This document shows positions 1 to 9,753 of a stretch of 64,000 bases of DNA, piece by piece. The translations under genes were made by a program, and so were the position numbers. Numbering within the stretch: position 1 is the stretch's first letter; every line of letters begins with the position of its first letter. Origin of the DNA: Bacillota bacterium (GTDB lineage Bacteria; Bacillota; PH28-bin88); NCBI GenBank assembly GCA_040757295.1, contig JBFLXH010000009.1, positions 3,800 through 67,799 on the forward strand, written 5' to 3'. Below the pieces are notes generated by a model. That model did not search any database. It had not been told where the DNA came from and worked only from the letters and a program-made list of their open reading frames with translations.

Positions 1-126
1 GGGAAAAACGGAGTCTTGCTTGTCCGTTCCCATGGCATAGTGTGGCACCCCGTTGAAATCAAGGGCAAGGGTCGAAGGACAGGCAGCAGTGATTGGATTG
101 GCGGCAGAATCAAGAATAGTTGCTGA
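1..126 (+). CDS. 3' end of an upstream gene (partial; product not recognisable from 41 residues)
   Basis: Open frame runs from the window edge to TGA at 124-126. The ylm neighbourhood suggests ylmD/pgeF, but the fragment is too short to confirm. Confidence 0.25.
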   Translation, partial: GKNGVLLVRSHGIVWHPVEIKGKGRRTGSSDWIGGRIKNSC

Positions 127-254
127 CCCTGCCAGGTTTTTGCTGAACAAATAGCTTTTAAATGAATAATTTGTAAAAAAGCTTTTTCCGTTTTCGACAG
201 AAGGAAAAACAAGGTATGTCGTAGAAAAAAACAAAAACCAGGGGTGACGTCTAA

Positions 255-950
255 ATGACAAGGCATCTGTCAGCCAATCTTGCTGAGATCAGGGAACGGG
301 TAAAAGAGGCTGCCTGCCGAGTAGGAAAAAAGCCTGAAGACATTGAGATAGTGGCAGTTTCAAAAAATGTTGATGTTGGTATAATGCAACAAGCCCAGGC
401 TTTGGGGATTAATTCTTTTGGGGAAAACAGGGTACAGGAATTTGTGCAAAAATACCCCTCTTTTAATGATTCTATTTGCTGGCATTTTATCGGTCACCTC
501 CAAACCAATAAAGCTAAGCCGTTAATAGACAAGGTGGATTTGATTCACTCCCTGGACCGCCTTTCTTTAGCCAAGGAATTACAGCAAAGGGCTGCAGAAA
601 AAGGGCTTCTGGTCAAGGTTCTCTTGCAGGTGAACATTTCCCGCGAGAACACCAAGTTTGGCCTGGAAGAAAAAGAAGTGTTGCCATTTTTAGAAGCTTT
701 AATACCTATGAATAACTTGCAGGTGATGGGTTTGATGACCATGGCGCCTATTTCGGACCAGCCTGAAGAGGTGCGGCCTGTGTTTGCAGGCTTAAGAAAA
801 ATGGCAGAAAAGATTAGCCGTGAGGGCTTTCCCTTAGTTGAAATGAGATATCTTTCCATGGGAATGAGCCAGGACTATCAGGTGGCCATAGAAGAAGGCG
901 CCAACATAGTCAGAATCGGCAGCGGCATATTCGGTGCGCGAAAGGGATAA
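255..950 (+). CDS. yggS: YggS/YlmE family pyridoxal-phosphate homeostasis protein (alanine-racemase-fold)
   Basis: 231 aa. N-terminus 'IVAVSKNVDVGIMQQAQALGINSFGENRVQE' is typical of the YggS/PROSC family. Sits in the ylm cluster upstream of sepF. Confidence 0.9.
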   Translation: MTRHLSANLAEIRERVKEAACRVGKKPEDIEIVAVSKNVDVGIMQQAQALGINSFGENRVQEFVQKYPSFNDSICWHFIGHLQTNKAKPLIDKVDLIHSLDRLSLAKELQQRAAEKGLLVKVLLQVNISRENTKFGLEEKEVLPFLEALIPMNNLQVMGLMTMAPISDQPEEVRPVFAGLRKMAEKISREGFPLVEMRYLSMGMSQDYQVAIEEGANIVRIGSGIFGARKG

Positions 951-966
951 CAGAGGGGGGAGGAAA

Positions 967-1407
967 ATGGGCAAATTAATGGATAAGGTCTTGGGCTTTA
1001 TGGGGGTAGAGGTGAAAGAAGTAGAGGGGCCTGAAGAGGAGAACCAGTCGTGGAATGATGGATCTTCAGCAAAACCCAATCGCAGTAATGTTGTTAGTTT
1101 GCACAATTCCAGGCCAATAAAGCTGGTTGTGGTCAAACCGGTCGTTTTTGAACAGGTGCAGGTGATTTCCGATCACCTGAAGTCCCGCCGCCCGGTAATT
1201 ATTAACCTTGAGGATACTGAGAAGGACACCGCAAAACGGATCCTGGATTTTGTCAGCGGTACAGCTTATGCCTTAAACGGCAGTATGCAAAAGGTATCCC
1301 AATCAATCTTTTTATTTGTCCCCAGTAATGTGGAAGTAAGTGGGGAAATGGCTGAGGAGGCTCGCAGTCACGGAGTATTTCATTGGGAAAGCCTAACTCG
1401 CCCCTAA
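967..1407 (+). CDS. sepF: Cell division protein SepF (YlmF)
   Basis: SepF-like C-terminal domain 'VVVKPVVFEQVQVISDHLKSRRPVIINLEDT'. ATG at 967 follows RBS AGGGGGGGAGG; the ORF-track start at 934 is probably an N-terminal over-extension. Confidence 0.85.
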   Translation: MGKLMDKVLGFMGVEVKEVEGPEEENQSWNDGSSAKPNRSNVVSLHNSRPIKLVVVKPVVFEQVQVISDHLKSRRPVIINLEDTEKDTAKRILDFVSGTAYALNGSMQKVSQSIFLFVPSNVEVSGEMAEEARSHGVFHWESLTRP

Positions 1408-1430
1408 TCAGTTGAAAGGATCGGAACAAT

Positions 1431-2243
1431 ATGGATGCTAAAATCGGCTTTATCGGGGCTGGAGCAATGGCTGAGGCCCTAATCAGCGGTCTGCTTCAGG
1501 CAAGAACCGTTGAACCCTCAAATATTATCATTAGCGAAATAATGTCGTCGCGGCTGGACATAATGACAAAGCGCTATGGAATTTCTGCTGCAGATTCCAA
1601 TGCTGACCTGGTACGGAAGGCAGGGACCGTAGTTCTGTCGGTAAAGCCGCAGGATCTCCGAGGGGTTTTGCAGGCTTTAAACGGCTGTTTCTCTCCCTGC
1701 CAGTTAGTTATTTCTATTGTAACCGGAATTACAATTGCAGAAATGGAGAGAATGCTGCCAGAAGGAACTGGCGTTATTAGGGTGGTGCCGAATACCCCTT
1801 GCCTTGTGGGAGAAGGAGTTTCTGTGATATCTCTGGGCAGCAAAGCATTGCCGGAGCACCAGGAGATTGCGGAAAAGCTGCTTCGGTCTGTTGGCCCGGT
1901 TTTTTCCTTGCCTGAGAAAGACCTGGATGCAGTAACCGGTTTAAGTGGTAGTGGCCCTGCTTACATTTATCTGGTTATTGAAGCTTTAACCGATGCCGGG
2001 GTAAGGGTTGGGCTGAGTCGCCAGGCTGCCAGTATCTTGGCGTACCAAACTGTTTTTGGCGCTGCCAAGATGGTGCGGGATACCGGGAGGCACCCTGCGG
2101 AATTAAAGGATATGGTAACCTCTCCTGGCGGCACTACTATTACCGGACTGCATGTCCTTGAAGCCCGTGGAGTACGGGCAGCTTTTATGGACGCTGTGGT
2201 AGCCGCAACAGAAAAAGCACGGGAATTACGCCAAAAGACATGA
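1431..2243 (+). CDS. proC: Pyrroline-5-carboxylate reductase
   Basis: Rossmann N-terminus 'IGFIGAGAMAEALISGL' and ProC family conservation throughout 270 aa. Confidence 0.9.
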   Translation: MDAKIGFIGAGAMAEALISGLLQARTVEPSNIIISEIMSSRLDIMTKRYGISAADSNADLVRKAGTVVLSVKPQDLRGVLQALNGCFSPCQLVISIVTGITIAEMERMLPEGTGVIRVVPNTPCLVGEGVSVISLGSKALPEHQEIAEKLLRSVGPVFSLPEKDLDAVTGLSGSGPAYIYLVIEALTDAGVRVGLSRQAASILAYQTVFGAAKMVRDTGRHPAELKDMVTSPGGTTITGLHVLEARGVRAAFMDAVVAATEKARELRQKT

Positions 2244-2261
2244 AATGGAGTGTGAATCCAA

Positions 2262-2525
2262 TTGACTGATTTAATCAGACTTGTTATGGTAGCCTTCCAA
2301 GTACTATACTGGTTGATTATTGCACGGGTAATCCTTTCCTTTTTCCGTTCGCCCTATAATCCGATTACCCGTTTTATTTACGAGATTACGGAACCCGTTC
2401 TGGCTCCTTTTCGCCGCATCCTGCCAAAGGGGGGTATGATTGATTTTTCCCCTTTCCTGGCTATTTTGTCCCTAAACTTGTTGGAATGGCTTTTGCTGAA
2501 CCTCATTAGAAATATGTCGTATTAA
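2262..2525 (+). CDS. YggT family membrane protein (YlmG)
   Basis: 87-aa hydrophobic protein in the conserved position after proC in the ylm cluster; TTG start. Confidence 0.75.
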   Translation: MTDLIRLVMVAFQVLYWLIIARVILSFFRSPYNPITRFIYEITEPVLAPFRRILPKGGMIDFSPFLAILSLNLLEWLLLNLIRNMSY

Positions 2526-2531
2526 GGGAGA

Positions 2532-3323
2532 ATGCAATTGAATAATCGGGAAAAGCTCCTAAGCCATGTTCAGGATAACCAAACCAAACACCAGTTGGCC
2601 AGGGTAATCGACTTGGCAGAGGGAGTATTGGAAAGACAAGTTCCTGATGTAACTGATTTTTATGATCCTTACCTCATTATGCTGGCTGAAGGAATTCTAA
2701 AAAGAATGCCTGAGGTTGGTTTTTCTTTTGTTGGAGGGTATTCTGAGGCGGAAAGAAAGCGCATCCTAATTTTCCCCAGTAATCACGTGCCTTCGGAAAT
2801 TAACGCCAAAATTGCTCTCCTTGTTATTAATCCCTGTGGTCTTAATTCCTCTCTAAAGCATCGGGATTATCTAGGGGCCTTATTAGGCTTGGGTATCCGC
2901 CGGGAAAAAATCGGGGATTTGCTGGTAGAGGAGGCAGGATGCAAGGCAGTAGTTGACCAGGGAGTAGCAGTCTTTATCAAAGGTTATCTTAAGCAGGTGG
3001 GCCGTGAAATTGTATCAATAACTGAAGTGTCTTCCAATGCTGATTTCAGGTCGAAAGAAGGGATAATTAAAAAAGGAACAGTGGCTTCTCTTCGTTTGGA
3101 TGCCGTTGCCAGTCTTGGGTTTGGGATGTCCAGGAATAATGTCCAGCGCGAGATTCTGGCAGAAAGGTTTAAAGTCAACTGGCAGCTGGTCAAAAAACCT
3201 GATTTTCAGCTGAAAGAAGGGGATGTAATTTCCTGCCGGGGCAGGGGTCGGGTGATAATTATCCATTTATCCGGGCAAACAAAAAAGGGTCGAATTGGAC
3301 TCTTGCTCGAAAAGTACACCTGA
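2532..3323 (+). CDS. ylmH: YlmH-like S4-domain RNA-binding protein
   Basis: 263 aa with a C-terminal S4-like segment, in the conserved position before divIVA. An alternative TTG start at 2538 has better RBS spacing. Confidence 0.75.
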   Translation: MQLNNREKLLSHVQDNQTKHQLARVIDLAEGVLERQVPDVTDFYDPYLIMLAEGILKRMPEVGFSFVGGYSEAERKRILIFPSNHVPSEINAKIALLVINPCGLNSSLKHRDYLGALLGLGIRREKIGDLLVEEAGCKAVVDQGVAVFIKGYLKQVGREIVSITEVSSNADFRSKEGIIKKGTVASLRLDAVASLGFGMSRNNVQREILAERFKVNWQLVKKPDFQLKEGDVISCRGRGRVIIIHLSGQTKKGRIGLLLEKYT

Positions 3324-3380
3324 TTCCCTGGAGGAATCGGTAGAACAATGTCGAATTAGAAAATTATCCCTGGTAAGGAG

Positions 3381-3890
3381 GTGTTGCACTTGCCTTTAAC
3401 TCCTTTGGACCTGCAGAGTGTCCAGTTTAAAAAGTCTTGGCGGGGCTATAGCTGTGATCAGGTAGATAGTTTCCTGCACAAGGCTTTGAGGGATTATGAA
3501 ATGATTTATAAGGAAAACCTGGAGCTTAAGGAAAACCTGATAAATATCCAATCTCTCCTTGATACTTACCGCCAAATGGAGGATACCCTGAAAAACACCT
3601 TAGTTTTGGCTCAAAAATCTGCCGAAGAGATCAGGAGACTAGCGGACCAGGAGGCTGAGCTCCTCCTCAGGGAGGCTAAAGCCCAGGCTGAAAACATTAA
3701 AACCTGCGCTGCCGCGCAAGTTGAAGAAAGAATGCGCAGGTACGAAGAAATGGTTAATAGAGCCGAAGCGTTTCGGGCCAACATGCGGGGCTTCTTATTA
3801 GCCCAGTTGGAGCTTTGGGAACAGGGGAGGCAGTATTACCAGGAGGCTGCTGCAGGCCTGTCGTCAGGCGGCGCTGATTGCACTGGATAG
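3381..3890 (+). CDS. divIVA: DivIVA-domain cell division protein
   Basis: N-terminus 'LTPLDLQSVQFKKSWRGYSCDQVDSFL' is the DivIVA lipid-binding motif, followed by coiled coil. GTG start after AAGGAGG. Confidence 0.85.
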   Translation: MLHLPLTPLDLQSVQFKKSWRGYSCDQVDSFLHKALRDYEMIYKENLELKENLINIQSLLDTYRQMEDTLKNTLVLAQKSAEEIRRLADQEAELLLREAKAQAENIKTCAAAQVEERMRRYEEMVNRAEAFRANMRGFLLAQLELWEQGRQYYQEAAAGLSSGGADCTG

Positions 3891-4543
3891 GAAGGAGAAT
3901 TGATAATACCTTAATGGGCAACACAAAAAAAATTGGAGTTTTGTATGGACCTGTACCAAGCGGAGAGCTATTAAGGGATTACCTTTCCCAGAAACAAGAA
4001 ATAGACTCCTGCACAGGTATGTGGCGCGGTAGGATTCTTGGCGAAGAAACAGCCCTGGTTAGTTTGGCCCAATGTAGTATTGGATTGGATGAAGTCCTGA
4101 GGCTCTTGATTACCGAGGGAGTAGATAAGGTTATTTTCCTTGGTATGGCGCCGATTGAGGAAGCCTCAGGTCGCCCGGTAGAGTTTATGATCAGCAATGA
4201 GGTCGTTATTGCCGGTGTTCAGGGAGATCCGGTGGTGATACCAGTAGACAAAAAGCTGGTTGATTTGGGTTTGGCTGCGGCGGAAACAATAGCCCAGACG
4301 TGGGATATTCGCCTTCTGGCTGGCAAGTTGATTGCTCCAGGTACTCCAGTTACTGTTGCTGAAGGGCCCTTCTGCGCGGACCGGGAGGCCATTATGGTGA
4401 CTGAAGCATGCCAGCGCTTTAATCTACCGTTCATAACTATTATCATTAATCCCTTAAATTTTTCTGAAGAAAACCAAATCAGCGCTAAAGGGTTTTTGCT
4501 TATTAAGGGAATATTTGAAGGTATTCGTGACTTACAACGATAG
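3878..4543 (+). CDS. PNP/MTAN-fold (phosphorylase family 1)-like protein, probably non-catalytic
   Basis: 'KIGVLYGP..LLRDYL..ALVSLAQCSIGLDEV..VIFLGMAP' and 'MVTEACQRFNLPFITIIINP' align with MTA/SAH nucleosidase. The catalytic Glu (EEE) and Asp (ISD) positions are replaced (PS / INP). Start uncertain (TTG 3878 or ATG 3914). Confidence 0.5.
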   Translation: MHWIGRRIDNTLMGNTKKIGVLYGPVPSGELLRDYLSQKQEIDSCTGMWRGRILGEETALVSLAQCSIGLDEVLRLLITEGVDKVIFLGMAPIEEASGRPVEFMISNEVVIAGVQGDPVVIPVDKKLVDLGLAAAETIAQTWDIRLLAGKLIAPGTPVTVAEGPFCADREAIMVTEACQRFNLPFITIIINPLNFSEENQISAKGFLLIKGIFEGIRDLQR

Positions 4544-4545
4544 GT

Positions 4546-4574
4546 TTGACTATTCTCCCCCCGCTTAGTATAAT
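4546..4574 (+). promoter_or_regulatory. sigmaA-type promoter of the ileS T-box leader (TTGACT, 17-nt spacer, TATAAT)
   Basis: Consensus -35 TTGACT at 4546-4551 and -10 TATAAT at 4569-4574 with a 17-nt spacer. Confidence 0.7.
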
Positions 4575-4589
4575 ACCCAGTAATAGGTC

Positions 4590-4838
4590 ACTATTGAGAA
4601 AACGATGAGCGGGACTGAGGCAGGTTATTAAGTGGCAGCGAGCCTGGGATGGTGCAAGCCAGGTACCTGAAACCTTGTCGATCAATCACCCGTGAGTGGA
4701 GTGCTGAACGCGGATAGGTCAGTAAGGACTGCCGGTTGCCAACCGTTATCCTGGTATAAAGGGGTCTGTTGGGTTTTTAGACAGACTATTAAGGTGGTAC
4801 CGCGGGAATAGCCTCTCGTCCTTGGACGAAGGCTTTTT
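4590..4838 (+). ncRNA. T-box riboswitch leader (probably Ile-specific) ending in an intrinsic terminator
   Basis: Conserved T-box sequence 'AAGGUGGUACCGCGG' at 4788-4803, followed by hairpin 'cctctcgtccttggacgaagg' plus U7 (4808-4837). Sits directly upstream of ileS. A candidate AUC specifier lies in 'cgATCAatc'. Confidence 0.8.
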
Positions 4839-4871
4839 TTATGGATTATTGTTTTAAGGAGTGAGTAAAAA

Positions 4872-7658
4872 ATGGGGTATGATCAAACGCTAAACCTGCC
4901 AAAAACAGACTTTCCCATGCGGGGAAATCTGCCGCAAAAAGAGCCAGAGATTTTGCAGTTCTGGGAAGAAAAAAACATCTATCGCCATGTGCAGCAATCA
5001 ACCGCTGGCAAGCCTAAGTTTATCCTCCACGATGGTCCTCCCTACGCCAATGGGGATATTCACTTAGGTACCACCCTTAACAAAATATTGAAAGACATTA
5101 TTGTAAAATTCCATTCCCTGACGGGCTATGACGCTCCTTATGTACCGGGATGGGATACCCATGGTTTGCCAATTGAGCAGCAGGTGATCAAAAAACTCGG
5201 GATTGACCGTCACCGGGTGGATGTGCAGGAATTCCGCAAGCAATGCAAGGATTATGCCATGAAATATGTGGGTATTCAGCGGGAGCAGTTTAAACGGTTG
5301 GGAGTTAGAGGGGACTGGGAACAGCCCTACCTCACCTTGTCTCCTGAATTTGAGGCTATCCAAGTTGGCGTTTTCGGAACAATGGCCAAAAAAGGTTTTA
5401 TTTATAAAGGGTTAAAGCCTGTTTACTGGTGTACTGACTGTGAAACCGCCTTGGCTGAGGCGGAGGTTGATTACAGTGAAAGGCGCTCACCCTCCATTTA
5501 TGTCAAGTTCCCGGTAAAAACGGCTAATGGCTTGTTTTCCGAGGAGAATACCTTTGTGGTCATCTGGACAACCACCCCTTGGACTTTGCCTGCAAATGTC
5601 GCCATCGCAGTGCATCCTGAATATGATTATGTCCTGGTAGAAGCGGGAAATCAACGTCTGATTATGGCTAAACTCCTGCACCAAGAGGTGCTTAAACTTA
5701 CCGGACAGGAAGAGACTAAGATTTTGGCAGAGTGGAAGGGAACTAAACTGGAAGGAATCGTCTGTCAGAACCCCTTGATGGCAAGGGATTCTGTAGTGGT
5801 TTTGGGCGAACATGTTACCCTTGATCAGGGTACCGGTTGCGTTCACACTGCCCCAGGCCATGGACAGGAAGACTTTGAAATTGGGAAAAAATATAACTTG
5901 CCGGTGATTTCGCCTATCGATAATCGAGGCAGGTTTACCCATGAAGGAAAGCAGTTCCAGGGGCTGTTTGTAGAAGATGCCAACAAAGCAATAGGCAAAG
6001 AACTGCAGGAAAAGGGAATGCTGCTTCACCTCGGCTTTGTGCAGCATCAGTATCCCCATTGCTGGCGGTGTAAAAAGGCTGTTCTTTTTCGGGCTACTGA
6101 GCAGTGGTTTGCCTCGATTGACGGGTTCAGGCAAGAAGCCCTGGAAGCGATTAAAAAGGTCAGATGGATTCCCGCTTGGGGACAGGAGCGAATTCACAAT
6201 ATGGTTGCGGAGCGGGGAGACTGGTGTATTTCCAGGCAGAGGACCTGGGGCGTCCCGATCCCGATTTTCTACTGCGATGCTTGTAATCAGGTCATTATTA
6301 ACGATGATGCCATTAGCCACATCCAAAACCTATTCCGCCAGCATGGCTCAGACATCTGGTTCAGTTCCAGGGCCGATGATCTGGTGCCGCCCGGCCTAAA
6401 GTGCGGCAGTTGCAGCCACACCCGGTTCAGAAAAGAAACCGATATTATGGATGTCTGGTTTGATTCTGGTTCCAGCCATGCTGCTGTGCTGGAAACCCAC
6501 CCAGACCTGCAGTGGCCGGCAGACCTTTACCTGGAGGGAAGCGACCAGCATCGGGGTTGGTTTAATTCATCCCTGTCCACATCCGTAGCAACCAGGGGGT
6601 TGCCTCCGTACCATGCAGTCTTAACCCATGGATATGTTGTGGATGAACAGGGCCGCAAAATGTCCAAGTCTCTGGGTAACGGGATTGACCCCATGGATGT
6701 CATCAAAGAAATGGGTGCTGATATTTTGCGGTTATGGGTAGCATCTGCTGACTACAGGAGAGATGTGGCTGCTTCTCCCAACATCATGAAACAGATGGTG
6801 GAAGCCTATCGAAAAATACGTAATACCTGTCGCTTTCTTTTGGGCAACCTTTATGATTATGATCCTGTCCTGCACCAGGTTTCTTACCAGGAGATGGAAG
6901 AGCTTGACCGGTGGGCCCTGATGCGCCTGCACCAACTGATCCGCCGGGTTACCCAAGCCTACCGGGATTATGAATTCCATGTTGTTTATCATGCTGTCCA
7001 TAACTTTTGTGTCGTCGATATGAGCGCTATTTATCTGGATATTATCAAAGACAGGCTGTATACCCTGCCTCCCGGGAGCAAGCCCCGCCGGGCTGCCCAG
7101 TCAGTAATCCACGAAATAATCACTTCATTAGTCAGGATGCTGACTCCGATACTGGCTTTTACCAGCGAGGAGATCTGGCAGTACCTACCTAAAGAAGCAG
7201 GACAGCCGGAAAGTGTCCAACTGGCCGGTTGGCCGGAGATTAAGCAGGAGTATTTGTCAGTGGAATTGGAACAAAAATGGGGCCGCTTAATGGATGTCCG
7301 CAGCGAAGTTGCCCGTTATCTGGAAAGAGCCAGGAAGGAAAAACTTATCGGCAGTTCATTGCAGGCAGAGGTACACCTCTATGCCCTGGACGAGACAGTA
7401 TACGGTTTTCTGAAGTCGAATGAAGGCCTGCTCAACACCCTCTTTATTACCTCCCTTGTTCTGGTACACCGGCCGGGCGCTGAGGTGCCGGAAGCTGCGG
7501 GAAGCTGCGAGGAAATTAGCGGCTTAAAAGTATTAGTCCAAAAGGCACAAGGCGAGAAATGCGAGCGCTGCTGGATGTATAGCCCAACCGTTGGCGGGGA
7601 TGCAGAACATCCTGCCCTGTGCTCCAGGTGTGTCGAGGTAGTGCAATCCTTGGCTTAA
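4872..7658 (+). CDS. ileS: Isoleucyl-tRNA synthetase (type 1, with C-terminal Zn-finger)
   Basis: 928 aa with HIGH motif 'PYANGDIHLGT', KMSKS motif 'KMSKSLGN' and C-terminal CxxC...CxxC. Confidence 0.95.
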   Translation: MGYDQTLNLPKTDFPMRGNLPQKEPEILQFWEEKNIYRHVQQSTAGKPKFILHDGPPYANGDIHLGTTLNKILKDIIVKFHSLTGYDAPYVPGWDTHGLPIEQQVIKKLGIDRHRVDVQEFRKQCKDYAMKYVGIQREQFKRLGVRGDWEQPYLTLSPEFEAIQVGVFGTMAKKGFIYKGLKPVYWCTDCETALAEAEVDYSERRSPSIYVKFPVKTANGLFSEENTFVVIWTTTPWTLPANVAIAVHPEYDYVLVEAGNQRLIMAKLLHQEVLKLTGQEETKILAEWKGTKLEGIVCQNPLMARDSVVVLGEHVTLDQGTGCVHTAPGHGQEDFEIGKKYNLPVISPIDNRGRFTHEGKQFQGLFVEDANKAIGKELQEKGMLLHLGFVQHQYPHCWRCKKAVLFRATEQWFASIDGFRQEALEAIKKVRWIPAWGQERIHNMVAERGDWCISRQRTWGVPIPIFYCDACNQVIINDDAISHIQNLFRQHGSDIWFSSRADDLVPPGLKCGSCSHTRFRKETDIMDVWFDSGSSHAAVLETHPDLQWPADLYLEGSDQHRGWFNSSLSTSVATRGLPPYHAVLTHGYVVDEQGRKMSKSLGNGIDPMDVIKEMGADILRLWVASADYRRDVAASPNIMKQMVEAYRKIRNTCRFLLGNLYDYDPVLHQVSYQEMEELDRWALMRLHQLIRRVTQAYRDYEFHVVYHAVHNFCVVDMSAIYLDIIKDRLYTLPPGSKPRRAAQSVIHEIITSLVRMLTPILAFTSEEIWQYLPKEAGQPESVQLAGWPEIKQEYLSVELEQKWGRLMDVRSEVARYLERARKEKLIGSSLQAEVHLYALDETVYGFLKSNEGLLNTLFITSLVLVHRPGAEVPEAAGSCEEISGLKVLVQKAQGEKCERCWMYSPTVGGDAEHPALCSRCVEVVQSLA

Positions 7659-7676
7659 ATACTTGAAACCATTAAT

Positions 7677-7704
7677 TCTCCGGCTTTGCCGGAGTTTTTT
7701 TTTT
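7677..7704 (+). terminator. Intrinsic terminator after ileS
   Basis: Hairpin ctccggc-tttg-ccggag followed by T10. Confidence 0.7.
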
Positions 7705-8027
7705 GAAAGTCGCCGGGATATATCCCCAGGAAAGAAAGGAAAAAAGAGGCGAAGAAATGATTGCCATGGCCCAACTGACCACACCGGGAACCTGGTCCCC
7801 CTGACCTAGACAATATGGCTTCATTAAAACGTGAGCCTTTTGAAACCATTTTGCTAGATATTTATGGGTGGTTTAAAACCGACAGGGAAGAGGGGTTAGC
7901 TTACGCCTACGTGCTAACCCCTCTTTTTAAATGGAAAATAAAGGAGGATGTTCAAATAACTTAACTGAATTACTTCATTTTAGGCCGTGCATACTAATTC
8001 CAGCAGCTGGCGGAGGGAGAAATCAGC

Positions 8028-8657
8028 ATGCTTAACGGCAAAGACCAGAATTTTTATGAACGGCTCATCCTGTTGGATATTCCGGTTGGAATATCCAACA
8101 GGCATGTCCATTTGACCCAACAGGATCTGGATGAACTGTTCGGTCCCAACTATCAATTAGCTGTTTTTAAAGAGCTTTCTCAACCGGGAGAATTTGCCTC
8201 CCAAGAAGTGGTCACTCTTGTCGGCCCCCGGGGAGTGTTGGAGGGAGTCAGGATCCTTGGGCCTGCCCGTAACTACAGCCAGATTGAGATTTCCATGACC
8301 GATGCCTATCGAATTGGGTTGCGACCTCCGGTAAGGGATTCTGGGAAACTGGATGGTACTCCCGGCATTGCCATTGTCGGCCAAAAAGGCGCCCTTGCCT
8401 TGAAAAAAGGAGTAATATTGGCTGCCCGCCATATTCACATGAGTCCTGCCCACGCTAAAGAACTTGGAGTACAAAAGAGTGACAAAGTCCAGGTTTACGT
8501 TAACGGGGAGCGGGGCTGCATTTTAGAAAATGTACTGATTAGGGTCCACGAAAAATTTGTCCTGGAAATGCATATCGATACCGATGAAGCTAACTGCGCC
8601 CTGATCAAGAATGGTGATAAAGTACACATTGTCAGAAACGGCAGTGCCCTCTTGTGA
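8028..8657 (+). CDS. pduL: PduL-family phosphate acyltransferase (paralog 1)
   Basis: Two PduL repeats: 'GISNRHVHLTQQDLDELFG' and 'AARHIHMSPAHAKELGV'. 209 aa. Confidence 0.8.
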   Translation: MLNGKDQNFYERLILLDIPVGISNRHVHLTQQDLDELFGPNYQLAVFKELSQPGEFASQEVVTLVGPRGVLEGVRILGPARNYSQIEISMTDAYRIGLRPPVRDSGKLDGTPGIAIVGQKGALALKKGVILAARHIHMSPAHAKELGVQKSDKVQVYVNGERGCILENVLIRVHEKFVLEMHIDTDEANCALIKNGDKVHIVRNGSALL

Positions 8658-8669
8658 TGACGCAAATTA

Positions 8670-8954
8670 ATGGTTTATTGGAAGAAATCAAAAAAAAAAA
8701 TAGATGCGGTTATGATTGAACTCCAAAAAGCCGGAATAGCTGAATATGTGGAAATGATGCATAGACCTGGAAGGGTTATGGCTGTTAATTTTCTAGCAGG
8801 TATTGCCCGGGGAATTGGTACGGCGATAGGTTTTGCCCTCTTCGGGGCTTTAGTAATCCTGGTTTTAAGGAAGCTGGTTGTTTTGAACTTACCTGTAATC
8901 AGTGATTTTATTGCAGAATTAATCAAAATGATTCAGTACCAGATGGAACTATAA
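8670..8954 (+). CDS. Small hydrophobic protein of unknown function
   Basis: 94-aa ORF with one predicted TM segment. An A11 homopolymer (8690-8700) lies in its 5' end. Start uncertain (ATG 8670 or 8712). Confidence 0.35.
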   Translation: MVYWKKSKKKIDAVMIELQKAGIAEYVEMMHRPGRVMAVNFLAGIARGIGTAIGFALFGALVILVLRKLVVLNLPVISDFIAELIKMIQYQMEL

Positions 8955-8955
8955 A

Positions 8956-9753
8956 ATGGGGAGGCGGGGTGTTTTTATGAACCACCAGGAACGGTACCGG
9001 CAGCAACTTGTCAATGCAAAGGAAGAAGCCGGCAGAATTGTCGAGGGGATTGACCGGCAGGGACTTTCCCTTCCGTTGCGGGAAACTGTAGCAGAGCTTT
9101 CCAGCTACGATAACCACCCGGGAGATATAGGGAGCGAAACCTTTGAACGGAGCAAGGATTTGGCCTTAAGAGGCCTGGCCGTAAAAAGATTGGAAAAAAT
9201 CGAAAAAGCCCTGGATCGAATGGATGCCGGCACTTATGGCAAATGCTTGGCTTGCGGAAAAGAAATATCCCATGCCCGGCTGGAAGCTGAACCCGAGGCA
9301 GAGTTTTGTATTGATTGCTCTAACAGGATGGATTTGCCGGACCGCCACCCCAGGCCGATTGAGGAAGATGTCATTGCGCCTCCTTACGGCGGTCTCACCC
9401 ATGATCACTCTGCCGGGGAGCAACCCGATGCGGAAGACGAAATAATGTTTGACGGAGAGGACACCTGGCAAATTTTGGCCCGCTGGAATGAGCATGCAGA
9501 AACCGCCCAGTCCGGCTCTTACTATGGCGGAACGGATCTGGATGAAGACCGGGGTACGGTGGATGATGTAGAGGCTATTCCTTATTTTAAGGGTGCGGAT
9601 GGCATGTTTTACGAGGATCTGGTCGGTGATGATGATGAGGATGTGCCCGGTGAAAGAACAGTTGGTGATGAGGGATGGGATCGGGCCCGAAAGAAACCCG
9701 GGGCCGGGAAAAATAATATTAAAAAGGCTAAAATAAGATTGGGCAATTATTAA
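8956..9753 (+). CDS. TraR/DksA-family C4 zinc-finger protein (YteA-like) with acidic C-terminal tail
   Basis: 'CLACGKEISHARLEAEPEAEFCIDCSNRMD' is the DksA/TraR CxxC-x17-CxxC motif. Long D/E-rich tail. Likely start at ATG 8977. Confidence 0.7.
   Translation: MGRRGVFMNHQERYRQQLVNAKEEAGRIVEGIDRQGLSLPLRETVAELSSYDNHPGDIGSETFERSKDLALRGLAVKRLEKIEKALDRMDAGTYGKCLACGKEISHARLEAEPEAEFCIDCSNRMDLPDRHPRPIEEDVIAPPYGGLTHDHSAGEQPDAEDEIMFDGEDTWQILARWNEHAETAQSGSYYGGTDLDEDRGTVDDVEAIPYFKGADGMFYEDLVGDDDEDVPGERTVGDEGWDRARKKPGAGKNNIKKAKIRLGNY

Noticed and set aside
5487-6326. 279-aa minus-strand ORF inside ileS
   Set aside because: Entirely antisense to a confidently identified aaRS gene; no RBS, low-complexity composition and no family resemblance. 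A shadow ORF.
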